A stretch of 64,000 nucleotides of DNA from an uncultured virus (IMG/VR IMGVR_UViG_3300031133_000403) (IMGVR_UViG_3300031133_000403); one strand, 5' to 3'; positions 19,621-30,061 are shown, counted from the first letter of the stretch. Translations and numbers: made by a program. The notes: generated from the sequence alone by a model not told the origin.

Positions 19621-22600
19621 TCACGGAGCGTCCGCCGGATTGCAGCTGGCCGTCCACTGCTGCTGCGAACCCTGCGGCCCGACGGCGTACTTCCTGGTGC
19701 ACGCGTCGTTCACGTACTGGTCGATCATGTGGGGAAACGCCTGCTGGACCTCGGCCTTGTCCATCACCAGCTTCATCGTCGCCGCATTGTATCTGACTCT
19801 GATCGACTTGACGCTGTACGTCTGCGGACCATTCGGCAGATACGTGCATTTCGACGCGTCGCTGGCGATGGCGCCGGTTCGCGTGTCCCAGCACTGGATG
19901 TTGACCGTGCCGATGACCAGCGCCGTCGGAGTCATGCTGGAGTTGGCGTATCGGTTTGCACCGAAGCCGCTGTAGCTCGACACGTCGACGACGCTGTATG
20001 CGTAGCGTTCGTAGTGGTTGACGATCTCGTCCGGGTTGCACCGCAGTTTCCAGGCGGCCAACGTGGCCTCGCTGCCGAGGCTGTACGAGCTGGTGCACAT
20101 GTTGTTTATCACGCTGGTCGTGAATCTGGGGAACGCCGCCTGGATGTCGGCCCGGCTGGCGTACATGGTGCGCAGATCGGGATTGGACTGCACGGGGATG
20201 GTGGTGATGGCATACCTCGTCGGCCCCGCGAGATAGTTGCATTTCGACTGGTCGGCCGCGTCCGCGTTGATCGACGTGTCCCAGCACGCGAGGATGTGAT
20301 TTCCGACGTTCAGCGACGTTGGAGACGTCGAGGTGTTGCCATAGCGGTTGGCCCCGTAGTTCGAGTACGATGCGGGATCCGCGAAGTTCGATACGTATCT
20401 CTCGTAGGTGTTGACGATTTCGGAGGCATCGCACTTCACCTTCCAGTCCTGGAATCCGGTCGATGGCGAGAAGCCGTAGGTTTCCGCGCACAGGGCGTTC
20501 ACGGCAGACGTCGCCAGACGCGGTGCCGCCGCGATCAGATCCTCTCGCTTCACGTACATGGTGCGCAGGTCCGTGTTCGACTGAGCCGGAATCGTCAGCA
20601 TGTCGTACATCACCGGCCCGCCGGGAAGATACGTGCACTTGCTCTGGTCCGTCGCCCGCGCGTTCGTTGCCTTGTCCCAGCACTGCACGCTCCATATGCC
20701 GATGTTCAGGCTCGTCGGTGGCACCACCTTGTTTATGGTGCTGTTGGCTCTGAACTGGGTGCTGTAGTCGGAGGGGTCGACGATGGAAGCCACGTACTTC
20801 TCGTACGTGTTGACGATCTCCGACGCGTTGCAGCGCACCTTCCAGTCCTGGAAGCCGCTTGCTGCGGAAATGCCGTAGGTGTCGTTGCACACGTCCGCGA
20901 TGTAGCTCTCCGGCAGGCGGGGTGCCGCCGCGAGGAGATCCTCGCGCTTGAGATACATGGTGCGCAGTTCAGCGTTCGGCTGAACCGGCACTGTGATCAT
21001 GTCGTACATGACCGGTCCTGTCGGAAGATACGTGCATTTCGACTGATCGGTCGCTCTGGCGTTGGTGAGCGTGTCCCAGCAGCCCACGCTCCAGATGCCG
21101 ATGTTGAGGCTGGTGGGCGGCGTCACCTTGTTGATCGTCGAGTTGCCCTTGAACTGCGTGCTGTAGTCGGAGGGGTCCTGGACCGCCGCCACGTACTTCT
21201 CGTAGTGGTTGTCGATCTCCGCTTCGTCGCATCGCACCTTCCAGGCTTGCGCGGCATCGGTGCTCTTGCCGAACGTGTAGCTGGACGTGCAGAGCGCGTT
21301 GAGCTGCGCCACCGACAGGCGGGGCAGAGCCGCCTGCACGTCCGAACGCTTTATCGCCACGGTGCGCAGGGCGACGCTGGATTTCGCCGGCACGACGATG
21401 CTGTCGTACATCCTCGGCCCCGTCGGAAGGTACGTGCACATCGAGGCGTCGGTCGAGACGGCGTTGGTTGAGGTGTCCCAGCACCCGATGTCCGATATCC
21501 CGATCGTCAGCGACGTCGGGTTGAAGCTGTCGTTGGCGTACCGGTTGGGGTAGCTGGTGCCGCCGCGTGGATCCGATACCGCCGTCGCGTACTTCTCGTA
21601 GTGCTCTTCGACCTCCCTGGGGTCGCATCGCACCTTCCAGGTCCCGCCGGCGATCGTGTAGGACGTCGTGCACAGCGCCGTCAGCTGGGCGTCCGTCAGA
21701 TTCGGCGCGTAGGCCTGCACGTCGGCCCTGTCGATCACGACGGTGCGCATGTTGGCGCTGTAGGCCGCAGGCACGTCGAAGCTGCCGCGGTGCACTGGGC
21801 CGTCGGCGAGATAGGTGCACTGCGCCTGGTCGACCGCCTTCTTGTCGTTGGCCTTGTCCCAGCACGTGATGCTGTATATTCCGATCGTCATCGCGGAACG
21901 GTTCGTGGTGTACGTCTTGGCGCGGATCGCGTCCGAATAGTTGCTGGGGTTTGACCAGCCGCCGGCGGTTCCCATCGGGTCGGATATCTCGGCGACGGTC
22001 TTCTCGTACTGGCGGTTCACGTCGTCGATGCCGCATCGCATGTACCAGCTCTGCTTTGCTCCGGCCGCGATGACGGGGGTCCTGCCCATGCAGAACTGGT
22101 CGAGGTTGGTCACGCTCGGCGCCAGCGCCAGGATGTCCTGACGGTTGACCGCCACCGTGCGGGTCGTCGCGTTGCTCGCCATCGGCACGGGCAGCAGACC
22201 GATGTTGGACGGAGCCGGCAGATAGTCGCACTTCGACTGGTTCGCGGCGAGCTGTCCGGTGTCCGTGTCGAGGCAGCGCACGCCCGAGGACGCCGTGTCG
22301 ACCAGATACCGCGTTCCGGGAACGACGGTCTCGGTTACGTAGGCCATCGTCGGATACTTCTGGTAGTGCACCGTGATCTCGGCCGGATCGCAGCGCACCT
22401 TCCACGTCTGCGATCCCTGCGCCGTGCTCATCCGCACGCTGCTCGAGCATATGGTCTGCGTGTCCACCGGCCACGACGCCGCCGACACCTCGTCCGGATC
22501 GATCAGCAGGGTGCGCAGCTCCTCCCGCATGGTCGCCTTCAGCGTCGCGGCGCCTACCGTTCCGCCGATTGGCATCGTGGAGCAGTCGCCGGTGACGATC

Positions 22601-23208
22601 GCGTTGTCGCGGTCGTAGCACCGGATGCCGTCGAACAGCACGCCGAGCGTTCCGTTCGTCATGGTCTGATCGGCGACCGCCGTGACGCTGGTGGCCAGCC
22701 GGACGGCATCGGGGATCGTGCGGTCGTCCGGATTGCAGCTGACCTTCCAGACCTGGGACCCTCTTCTGGTCGTCGCCGCGCATGCGTTGCCGGTCAGTCC
22801 GGCGGTGACGGCCGTCACCGCCGATTCGTCGATCACGACCGTGCGCTTCACCGGGTTGAGGAACGCCGGCACCGCCCGGTTGCCCGTCCCCTGTGCGGGC
22901 GCGCTGTTGGCGCATTGGCCGGCGTTGACGACCTGTCCCGCGTTGTAGCACTTCACGCCACCCACGATCAGCGTGATGGCGGTGTCGCTGGTCATTGGGC
23001 TCGCGACCGTGTAGCTCGTGGCCTTGTAGGATGCGTTGCCCGACGGAACGGTCGAATCCACGTCTAGCTTCTTGACGGGCTTCGCGATGATGCGTCGCAT
23101 GACCACGACGTCGCCGGTGGCTTGCGCCAGGGCACCGACCGGAATGAGCGTGCCGCAGAGCGCCGCGGTCAGCACGGCCATCCGCGCCGACGATGTCATT
23201 TTTCTCAT
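19621..23208 (-). CDS. Large secreted Cys-rich repeat protein (about 9 repeats of ~125 aa), VVMRR motif
   Basis: Signal peptide ending ALA-Q, then DVVVMRR; repeated unit C[WY]D...SKCTYLP.GP...LRT...LC...WK[VL]RC. Confidence 0.85.
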   Translation of the reverse strand: MRKMTSSARMAVLTAALCGTLIPVGALAQATGDVVVMRRIIAKPVKKLDVDSTVPSGNASYKATSYTVASPMTSDTAITLIVGGVKCYNAGQVVNAGQCANSAPAQGTGNRAVPAFLNPVKRTVVIDESAVTAVTAGLTGNACAATTRRGSQVWKVSCNPDDRTIPDAVRLATSVTAVADQTMTNGTLGVLFDGIRCYDRDNAIVTGDCSTMPIGGTVGAATLKATMREELRTLLIDPDEVSAASWPVDTQTICSSSVRMSTAQGSQTWKVRCDPAEITVHYQKYPTMAYVTETVVPGTRYLVDTASSGVRCLDTDTGQLAANQSKCDYLPAPSNIGLLPVPMASNATTRTVAVNRQDILALAPSVTNLDQFCMGRTPVIAAGAKQSWYMRCGIDDVNRQYEKTVAEISDPMGTAGGWSNPSNYSDAIRAKTYTTNRSAMTIGIYSITCWDKANDKKAVDQAQCTYLADGPVHRGSFDVPAAYSANMRTVVIDRADVQAYAPNLTDAQLTALCTTSYTIAGGTWKVRCDPREVEEHYEKYATAVSDPRGGTSYPNRYANDSFNPTSLTIGISDIGCWDTSTNAVSTDASMCTYLPTGPRMYDSIVVPAKSSVALRTVAIKRSDVQAALPRLSVAQLNALCTSSYTFGKSTDAAQAWKVRCDEAEIDNHYEKYVAAVQDPSDYSTQFKGNSTINKVTPPTSLNIGIWSVGCWDTLTNARATDQSKCTYLPTGPVMYDMITVPVQPNAELRTMYLKREDLLAAAPRLPESYIADVCNDTYGISAASGFQDWKVRCNASEIVNTYEKYVASIVDPSDYSTQFRANSTINKVVPPTSLNIGIWSVQCWDKATNARATDQSKCTYLPGGPVMYDMLTIPAQSNTDLRTMYVKREDLIAAAPRLATSAVNALCAETYGFSPSTGFQDWKVKCDASEIVNTYERYVSNFADPASYSNYGANRYGNTSTSPTSLNVGNHILACWDTSINADAADQSKCNYLAGPTRYAITTIPVQSNPDLRTMYASRADIQAAFPRFTTSVINNMCTSSYSLGSEATLAAWKLRCNPDEIVNHYERYAYSVVDVSSYSGFGANRYANSSMTPTALVIGTVNIQCWDTRTGAIASDASKCTYLPNGPQTYSVKSIRVRYNAATMKLVMDKAEVQQAFPHMIDQYVNDACTRKYAVGPQGSQQQWTASCNPADAP

Positions 23209-23340
23209 GTGTCCCGAAACCCGATTTTAACGATCCATCCTGAAACCCCTAGATGACATGGTTTTCATTTTCAACCGTGTATGCCCGCGTCGAGCACGGC
23301 GCGGGCGTACGCTCCGTCCCTCGATGAGGCGTGTCCGTCG

Positions 23341-23913
23341 TCAGGTCAGGATGCGCGCCAGCATTCCCGCGTGATCGTTGTGCCCCTGGAAGCGCGACAG
23401 CATCACCGCCTCGTCCGGGTGGTAGCCGTGCTCCTCGAGCATCTGCGCGACGAGCGCGGCATGGGGAGCTTCGGCGATCTCGAAGTGCCGTCGGCGTTCG
23501 CCGCTGAGTGCCCACCCGCCCGTGGTCGCGTAGACGGCCAAGGCGCACGCCTCCGCAGTCTGATCCACGATTTCGAAGAAGTGCGAATCGCCGAGCATGT
23601 CGGTCACGTTGTCGTGCACCGACTGAAGATCCACGTCGTCGTTCTTGCGGCGCGTCGTCTGCTCCTCGATCAGGGTGAGCATCATGGCGCCCTTGGCTAC
23701 CGAGGCCTCGACGGGGTGGTCGGGCGCCGCCGCCATGGCGACGCGCGCCATCACGGGCATGTCCTTCATGAGGGCGTGGTAGCGGGCGGTCACGCGGTCG
23801 GCGGCGTCCGACACGCGTTCGGCGGTGGCCTGGTCGAGCTTGTCGACGTAGGTGTCCAGATCGAGATGCTCGAGCTTCTCAGCTTCACGCAGGGTGGCGG
23901 TGTCCTGGTCCAT
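23341..23913 (-). CDS. Hypothetical protein
   Basis: MDQDTATL... AAAGGA RBS. Confidence 0.6.
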   Translation of the reverse strand: MDQDTATLREAEKLEHLDLDTYVDKLDQATAERVSDAADRVTARYHALMKDMPVMARVAMAAAPDHPVEASVAKGAMMLTLIEEQTTRRKNDDVDLQSVHDNVTDMLGDSHFFEIVDQTAEACALAVYATTGGWALSGERRRHFEIAEAPHAALVAQMLEEHGYHPDEAVMLSRFQGHNDHAGMLARILT

Positions 23914-24095
23914 GGTCTTGTCCTTTCGACGTGGCGAAGCAGGCGGCGGGAGGGTCCCGTCGCCTGCTTCGTGTTTGTTTCTTTTCATGGTTTGATCGGT
24001 GGCCGCGCATTGGTTGCTTGCCCAATAGCATCCGCGACCCGGTGAGGCTCGTTGTCAGCGGATCATCATGCACACGGCCTTTGTCAGCGTTGCTC

Positions 24096-25994
24096 CTACC
24101 CGCCGGTGCACGTCGACGACCAGAACGTGTATCCGTCGCTGGCGGCGAGGTCTGTTATCTTCGTTGCGGTCGAAGCGTACACGATACCGCTTCCGCTCCC
24201 CGTGGATCCGCTTTTGTACGTTGTCGTCAGCAGGCAGGATGATGCTCCCGCCTGTCTCGTTTTTGCTTCGCAGACCGCCTTGGCCTTGGTCTGCATTTCC
24301 GTGGGGTTTGTCCAGGCGATGCTGGTGTATGATCCCAGACTGCCGCCACTTGGGAACTTCCCCGCGACTAGCTTCTCGCACATGAACGTGGCGGAGCACG
24401 TCTCCACCGAGGTCTGACTGGAGCATAATCCATTGTCCACCTTCGTGCCGTCCGATCTCACGCATGACGCTATGGCGGCTGTCTTGTATCCGTTCGTGCA
24501 GGTGCCGTATGATCCGTACGTCGGCGTGTACGAGCAGCCGCTGTAGTCGGTGATCGGCTGCGACGCCTTCGGCTTGGCGCCCTTGGCCGAGCACAGCGAA
24601 TCGTCGACCGGACTCGAGTTCGACCTCTGGCAGTAGACGTTGCGCGTCTGCGTGACGGTCTGACCGCACTGCGTGCTGCCGTTCCACGGTCCCACGTACC
24701 AGTCGTAGGTGCAGGTGCCGTAGTCCGTGGTCGGTTCGGTGCTGATCGGCTTCTTGGCCGCATCGCACTTGTCCGCGTCCGCCGGATTGCCATCCGACCT
24801 CTTGCAGATCACGCCCCGCGTATGCGTCGACGCGCCGCAGGCCGGGGTCGCCGGTTCGTACGCCCCAGCATCCCAGGCGAACGTGCAGCCCGACGTCTGG
24901 TAGCTGCTCTGGCCGTTGGCGGGCTTCGTGCCCGAGCACTTCGCGTCGTCCGCGTCGTTGCCGTCGGAACGCTGGCAGTACACCGTGCGTGACTGGTTCA
25001 CGGTTCCGCAGGTCGTGTTGGGAGCGTTGAAGGCTCCGACCGACCAGGCGTAGGTGCATGTTCCGTAGTCCGTCGCCGACCGGCTGGTCGCGGGTTTGGT
25101 GCCAAGTGGCTGGCAGGCTGAGTCCGACGCGGGCTGCCCGTCCGAACGTAGGCACGTGACCGCGCGCGTCTGCGTCGTCGCTCCGCACGATGCGACGGGA
25201 TTGTCCCACTCGCCTTGGTGCCATGCATGTCCGCATCCGCTCGTCTCGTACGTTCCCTGCGTCTCGGACGGTCTCCCGCCTGCATTGCACTGGTCCGGGC
25301 TCGCCGGCGCTCCGTCGGAACGCTGGCAGGACACGATCCTGGTGCTGGTCGATGATCCGCATGTGGAGGACGGTGCGGAATACGGTCCGACGGTCCAGCC
25401 ATACGTCAGCGGCGCAGGTGCTCCGGGAGTCGGCGTCGAACCCGGACTGGGGGTCGATCCCGGAGCGGGCGTGGGTGTCGATCCTCCCGACGGCGTCGGG
25501 GTCGGCGTCGTGCCCGGGGCGGGAGTCGGCGTGGAGCCGGGGCTGGTTCCTGGGGTCGGTGTGCCTCCACCTCCCGAACCGCCGCCCGATCCGCCCGCCG
25601 ATCCGGTGCCGCTGCCCGTTGGTGGCAGTTCCGAGACCGTCCCGGCGCTGCTGCCGCATCCGCCTTCGACGTCGCGTTGCGGTTCGGGCTTGCCTCCTGC
25701 GCCGTTCCCCGTGCAGAACCGGTCCTCTGCGGTCGAGCCGTCGGTGCGTTCGCATCGCACCGACCGGTTCGAGACGCCGACCGCGCCGCAGGCCAGCGGC
25801 GGATCGATCCATGGCGTGGCTTCCCAGCTGTAGTAGCCGACCGGTGGATTGACGGGGTCCACGGGAGCCGCTCTTCTGGGTGGCGCTATGGAGCGCCTCA
25901 TGACGACGACGTCCTGCGCGACGGCCATTGTCGGGGTCACGACCGCCAGGCCGACCGTGCCCAGCATCATCTTCCTCAATCCGCGCATATTCAT
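24096..25994 (-). CDS. Secreted thrombospondin type-1 (ADAMTS-like) repeat protein, VVMRR motif
   Basis: Signal peptide AVA-Q, DVVVMRR; about 7 modules W..G.[WYF]......CG....[TS]R.V.C.RSDG......C....KP......C; Pro/Thr/Gly linker. Confidence 0.85.
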   Translation of the reverse strand: MNMRGLRKMMLGTVGLAVVTPTMAVAQDVVVMRRSIAPPRRAAPVDPVNPPVGYYSWEATPWIDPPLACGAVGVSNRSVRCERTDGSTAEDRFCTGNGAGGKPEPQRDVEGGCGSSAGTVSELPPTGSGTGSAGGSGGGSGGGGTPTPGTSPGSTPTPAPGTTPTPTPSGGSTPTPAPGSTPSPGSTPTPGAPAPLTYGWTVGPYSAPSSTCGSSTSTRIVSCQRSDGAPASPDQCNAGGRPSETQGTYETSGCGHAWHQGEWDNPVASCGATTQTRAVTCLRSDGQPASDSACQPLGTKPATSRSATDYGTCTYAWSVGAFNAPNTTCGTVNQSRTVYCQRSDGNDADDAKCSGTKPANGQSSYQTSGCTFAWDAGAYEPATPACGASTHTRGVICKRSDGNPADADKCDAAKKPISTEPTTDYGTCTYDWYVGPWNGSTQCGQTVTQTRNVYCQRSNSSPVDDSLCSAKGAKPKASQPITDYSGCSYTPTYGSYGTCTNGYKTAAIASCVRSDGTKVDNGLCSSQTSVETCSATFMCEKLVAGKFPSGGSLGSYTSIAWTNPTEMQTKAKAVCEAKTRQAGASSCLLTTTYKSGSTGSGSGIVYASTATKITDLAASDGYTFWSSTCTGG

Positions 25995-26162
25995 CGTCGA
26001 CCTCTTCTCGGGAGATCGTCTACTGATTTTCAGGATGGATTGAAAGTCGCAACCATGCCGTTTCTGCATCCTGTTTGATGCTGGCGCCACAAGCGAAACC
26101 CCGTGGCTTCGTATTCCGTTGGTCGATCGACGTCCGTCACTGTCAGTCCGCGGCGTCCGCGC

Positions 26163-26513
26163 TTACCCTCGACGGTATGCGTTGTTCATGCCGGCGATCC
26201 AGCCCGCCTTGGGTGTCGCCTTCACGGCTCCGCTTTTCCTGGCGTCGTCGAGATCGACCTTGCGCTCGAAGCGCACGCCGGCGAGCTTTTCGCGCGTCCA
26301 GACGATCTCGGCCTTCATGTCCGTCACGGCGCCCATCGTCATCGTGACGACGTCCCCGGTGCGCAGGCCGCCGTCGTTGTCGATGCACGCGCCCGTCGCC
26401 GACAGGTTGCGCACCCGGCTCGTGCCCGCTTCGCGACCCTCGGCGCGTATCTCGGCGCGGATGATCACGCTGCTGCGCTTCTCCCGCTCCGCGACGATCG
26501 GGTCCATCATCAT
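26163..26513 (-). CDS. Single-domain PilZ protein
   Basis: EREKR and RNLSATG motifs; IVW....AGVRF. Confidence 0.8.
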   Translation of the reverse strand: MMMDPIVAEREKRSSVIIRAEIRAEGREAGTSRVRNLSATGACIDNDGGLRTGDVVTMTMGAVTDMKAEIVWTREKLAGVRFERKVDLDDARKSGAVKATPKAGWIAGMNNAYRRG

Positions 26514-26579
26514 CAGGCTGCTCCTCGTTGCGTTTCATGTGTGGTCGGCATTCCGGGTCGGTCGCCGGACGCATCGTCG

Positions 26580-27392
26580 CTACGCCGCCGTCGGCCGTCG
26601 CGTGAGCGTCTGAAGGTGCTGATCGACCGCAAGCCGCACGATCGGTCTTCCGTCCGACCAGCTGTTTTCGGCCTTGCGCACGATGCGGTCGTCCAGCGTC
26701 GGATCGATGCTCGCGATCTTGTCCACCCGCGATCCGACGAGCGCCGCCAGGACAGTATCGGGCAGATGGTCGTGCACGAGTTCCAGGTGCGGCGCGTTGT
26801 GGTACAGCACCACCCGTCGCCGGACGTCCCGTGCCGCGGTGCGCATCGTCGCGAACCGCGTGGCCGCGGCGCCGTCGCCCGGTCGTTCCGCCACCATCGC
26901 GCCGCCGTTGTCCATGCTGGGGCCGCCCAGATGGCGGACATGGTCCGCGTGCAGCCCTCCGACGGCGTTTCGCACGTGGTCGCGGATGTCCTGGCCCTTT
27001 CGCGCCACGATCGCGACCAGGCCGCTGTCCACGAGCAGATGATCGATCTCCGCCTTCGGCAGGGGACGGTCGCATCCCAGCGTGCCGGCGTCCCGTGCGC
27101 GTGAGATCTGCCGTTCCAGCACGTCGATCATCTGCCCGATCACGCCGCTGACCAGCTGCTCCTGCGTCAGGTCCGGATCCACGTTCTGCGGCACCGTTCC
27201 GCGCATGTCGATCGTGACGCGGTGCAGAGACGGCGACCACCCATGGACGGTGAACAGCACGTTCTGCACGCCTGTCCTCTCGATGCGCGACGAGACGTCG
27301 TGGAAATCCGCACCGGGAATGCGCGCCGCGGCGGCCTCGAAGGGCTTCCGCAGAGCGCTTCCTGGATTGAGATCGAGTGCCTTGGTGGTCAT
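26580..27392 (-). CDS. Hypothetical protein, LPDT-domain family (GWSxSLH subfamily)
   Basis: HGWSPSLHRV; HLPDTVLAALVGSRVDKIASIDP. Confidence 0.7.
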   Translation of the reverse strand: MTTKALDLNPGSALRKPFEAAAARIPGADFHDVSSRIERTGVQNVLFTVHGWSPSLHRVTIDMRGTVPQNVDPDLTQEQLVSGVIGQMIDVLERQISRARDAGTLGCDRPLPKAEIDHLLVDSGLVAIVARKGQDIRDHVRNAVGGLHADHVRHLGGPSMDNGGAMVAERPGDGAAATRFATMRTAARDVRRRVVLYHNAPHLELVHDHLPDTVLAALVGSRVDKIASIDPTLDDRIVRKAENSWSDGRPIVRLAVDQHLQTLTRRPTAA

Positions 27393-28171
27393 GGGCGTCT
27401 CCCTTGATCGCCGGTGCCATGGGCACGGCCTTGTCGTCCGATCGTCACGCCGACGTCGACGCAGCGCTCCTTGTCCATCATCTCGACGTCGGTGATCACG
27501 GCGTCCTCCAGTCCAGGCACTTCCACCAGCGTCCGCAGCGGCCGCCCTGGGAGGCCGTCGCGCAACGTGTCGGGAAGGTCCGCCGTCACCGTGACCCTCA
27601 TCGCCGAGCCCATCCTCAGATACTGCGCTTCGCGCCATTTGACGCTGTAGTGATCGTCCTGTTCACCCGTTATCGCGCTTCTCACCAGAATGCCCGGAAG
27701 CCCCGTCGGAAGACCCGTGTAGCGGAGCGGCACTTCCGGGATGCCGACGTAGGCATCGTGCATCCATGATGCCTCGGCTCCCGGTGGCGGCTTGGGAAGC
27801 GACATCCCCGTCGCCCCGATCGCCGCCAGGACCACCGGGTCGTCGACCGTTTCCGCACTGGCGTCGGTGACCACCGGAAGGTCGCATGTCACGTAGACCA
27901 GCCGTTCCGTGGCCGGCGTCCTGAGCCGTTCCGACAGCTCCACTTGCGACATTGCGCGCGCGTGCGCGACGAGACGCTCCGAGGCGTGCGGTCTCCCCTG
28001 CTTGTCGGTCGCCATCTCGACGAGCTGCCTGGCGGACATGAAGCAGTGCGCACGTTGGTGGTCGCGTCCGAGCGCCGGACCCCTGTCCCTGATGATCGGC
28101 CACAGCTCCTCGGCGTCGAACTGCGCATCGTCCATGAGAGCGTGGACCATCGTGAATCGTCCCATCTTCAT
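27389..28171 (-). CDS. Hypothetical protein, LPDT-domain paralog family
   Basis: DPVVLAAIGATG; DLPDTLRDGLPGRPLRTLVEVPGL. Confidence 0.7.
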   Translation of the reverse strand: MKMGRFTMVHALMDDAQFDAEELWPIIRDRGPALGRDHQRAHCFMSARQLVEMATDKQGRPHASERLVAHARAMSQVELSERLRTPATERLVYVTCDLPVVTDASAETVDDPVVLAAIGATGMSLPKPPPGAEASWMHDAYVGIPEVPLRYTGLPTGLPGILVRSAITGEQDDHYSVKWREAQYLRMGSAMRVTVTADLPDTLRDGLPGRPLRTLVEVPGLEDAVITDVEMMDKERCVDVGVTIGRQGRAHGTGDQGRRP

Positions 28172-28270
28172 TTTTTCTGCACCCTCCGGAGTCTTCTCAG
28201 GGGTCCGGTCCCGATCGGGTCTTCGTGCATTCCGCCGGGAACGCTTGCCTGGAAGCATTCCCGGCTTCGT

Positions 28271-30061
28271 TCACGCGGTGAAGCGCGGTCCCGGCCGCCA
28301 CGCCATGATCGCCGCGCGCATCGTGCTTCGATAGCCGTTGATGATCGGGTATCGCCGGTCGTTTCCGAGCTGCCGGTCGGTCACCTTGACGCCCGGAGCG
28401 CTCTGACGGCGTTTGTATTCAGCCGTGAACACGCTGTTCTCCATGGCCGTCGCGATGGCCGCCGTCGTGATGCCCTGGCGCACGACGTCCTCGGTCGAAG
28501 CCTCCTCGTCGACGATCTGCTCGAGCATGGGATCGAGTATCTCGTACGGTTCCAGGCTGTCGGTGTCCTGCTGCTCCTCCCGGAGTTCCGCGGATGGTGC
28601 CTTCGATATGATCTCCTCCGGAACCACGACGGCTTCCGGGCCGTAGTATCCAAGGCGTTCGATTTCCGAAAGCGTGAGCGAATTCCTGTATCGGCAGAGT
28701 TTCCAGACCAGAGTCTTGGGGACGTCCTTGATCACCGCGTAGCCGCCGCTCAGATCGCCGTACAACGTGCCGTATCCCACCTGGGCTTCCGATTTGTTCG
28801 TCGTGTTCAGCAGCATGTGGCCCTCCTGGTTGGAGATCGCCATCAGGATGTTGCCGCGTGCCCTGGCTTGGATGTTCTCGTCGGCGACGCCGCTGAGTTC
28901 GGGCAGCTCCTTGCCCGGAGACACCGGGGCCTTGGGCCCGAAGTCCGTCTGCTGGGTCGAATACGCGAGCCGCAGAGCGTCCACGATCGGTTCGATCGCG
29001 ATCGTCCTCATCGGGCATCCCAGCGCCTTCGCGCCGACCATGGCGTCGTCGAGAGAACCGGCGCTGGAGTACTTCGAAGGAAGCCTCACCAGCAGCACGT
29101 TGTCCGATCCCAGCGCATCGACTCCGAGACCCGCGACCAGCCCGCTGTCGACGCCGCCGGAATACCCGAGCATGGCCCGTTCGAACCTGCTCTTGCCCAG
29201 GTATCCGCGAAGTCCCGTGACGATGGCTCCGTAGATCTCGGGGACCCCGGTCGGTTCGACCGTCGGCATGCGACCGGCTCCCGGCCCCCTGACCGCTTGT
29301 CCGCGTTGCAGATCGAACGTCACGATCTGGACGGTCTCCCGGAACAGGCGCGTCTCCACGTACCGCGTGCCGTCGAAGGCGAAGCAGTCGCCGTCGAACG
29401 CCAGCTCGTCCTGCCCGCCGACCATGTTCACGTACGCGAACGGCACCTGCGCCTCATCGTGCCGGTTCTGCGCGTGCGCGCGGCGCTTGACGTTCTTGCC
29501 CTTCGAGAATGGCGAGCCGTTGATCCACAGGAGCGCGTCGGCGCCCTGTGCCGCGAGCGTGCGCGTGACGTTGGGAAACCAGCCGTCCTCGCACACGAGG
29601 ATTCCATATCGAAGCCCCCTGTGATTCACCACAAGTGGTTGATTTCCTTGGAGATAGTTGCGCTTCTCGTCAAAGACCCCGTAATTCGGAAGCTCGACCT
29701 TGTGCACGACCTGGGCGGTGTCGGTCTCGGGGTCGTAGAAGGTGGCCGAGTTGTACACGAGCCGCCGGTTGCCGTCGTGCCGGCCGGTGTCGGTGGGGTG
29801 TCCGAACACCAGCGCCGCCTTGTGGCCGGTCGCCCGCACGGCCTCGCACAGGCGTTTGCGCATCAGCGCCACGTCTGCGAGGAATCCCGGTCGCTGCGTC
29901 AGGTCCTGCAGCGGGTATCCGGCGAGGCTCATCTCGGGGGTGAGCACGATGTCGGCGCCCTGCGCCGCGGCCTCGTTGTACGCCGCCAGGATGCGGTCCG
30001 CGTTGGCGACGAGCGCGCCGACGGTCGGATTCAGGCTTACGAGTGCGATGTTGGTCTTCAT
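28271..30061 (-). CDS. nadE: Glutamine-dependent NAD+ synthetase
   Basis: Nitrilase domain (PE, KxxLPNYGVFDEKR, VCED) fused to synthetase domain (SGGVDS, ENIQARARG, NKSE, GYGTLYGD, KAPSAEL, EYKRRQ). Confidence 0.96.
   Translation of the reverse strand: MKTNIALVSLNPTVGALVANADRILAAYNEAAAQGADIVLTPEMSLAGYPLQDLTQRPGFLADVALMRKRLCEAVRATGHKAALVFGHPTDTGRHDGNRRLVYNSATFYDPETDTAQVVHKVELPNYGVFDEKRNYLQGNQPLVVNHRGLRYGILVCEDGWFPNVTRTLAAQGADALLWINGSPFSKGKNVKRRAHAQNRHDEAQVPFAYVNMVGGQDELAFDGDCFAFDGTRYVETRLFRETVQIVTFDLQRGQAVRGPGAGRMPTVEPTGVPEIYGAIVTGLRGYLGKSRFERAMLGYSGGVDSGLVAGLGVDALGSDNVLLVRLPSKYSSAGSLDDAMVGAKALGCPMRTIAIEPIVDALRLAYSTQQTDFGPKAPVSPGKELPELSGVADENIQARARGNILMAISNQEGHMLLNTTNKSEAQVGYGTLYGDLSGGYAVIKDVPKTLVWKLCRYRNSLTLSEIERLGYYGPEAVVVPEEIISKAPSAELREEQQDTDSLEPYEILDPMLEQIVDEEASTEDVVRQGITTAAIATAMENSVFTAEYKRRQSAPGVKVTDRQLGNDRRYPIINGYRSTMRAAIMAWRPGPRFTA

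Noticed and set aside
25420..25620. DNA tandem repeats
   Set aside because: They simply encode the Gly/Ser and Pro/Thr linker of the TSP1-repeat protein.
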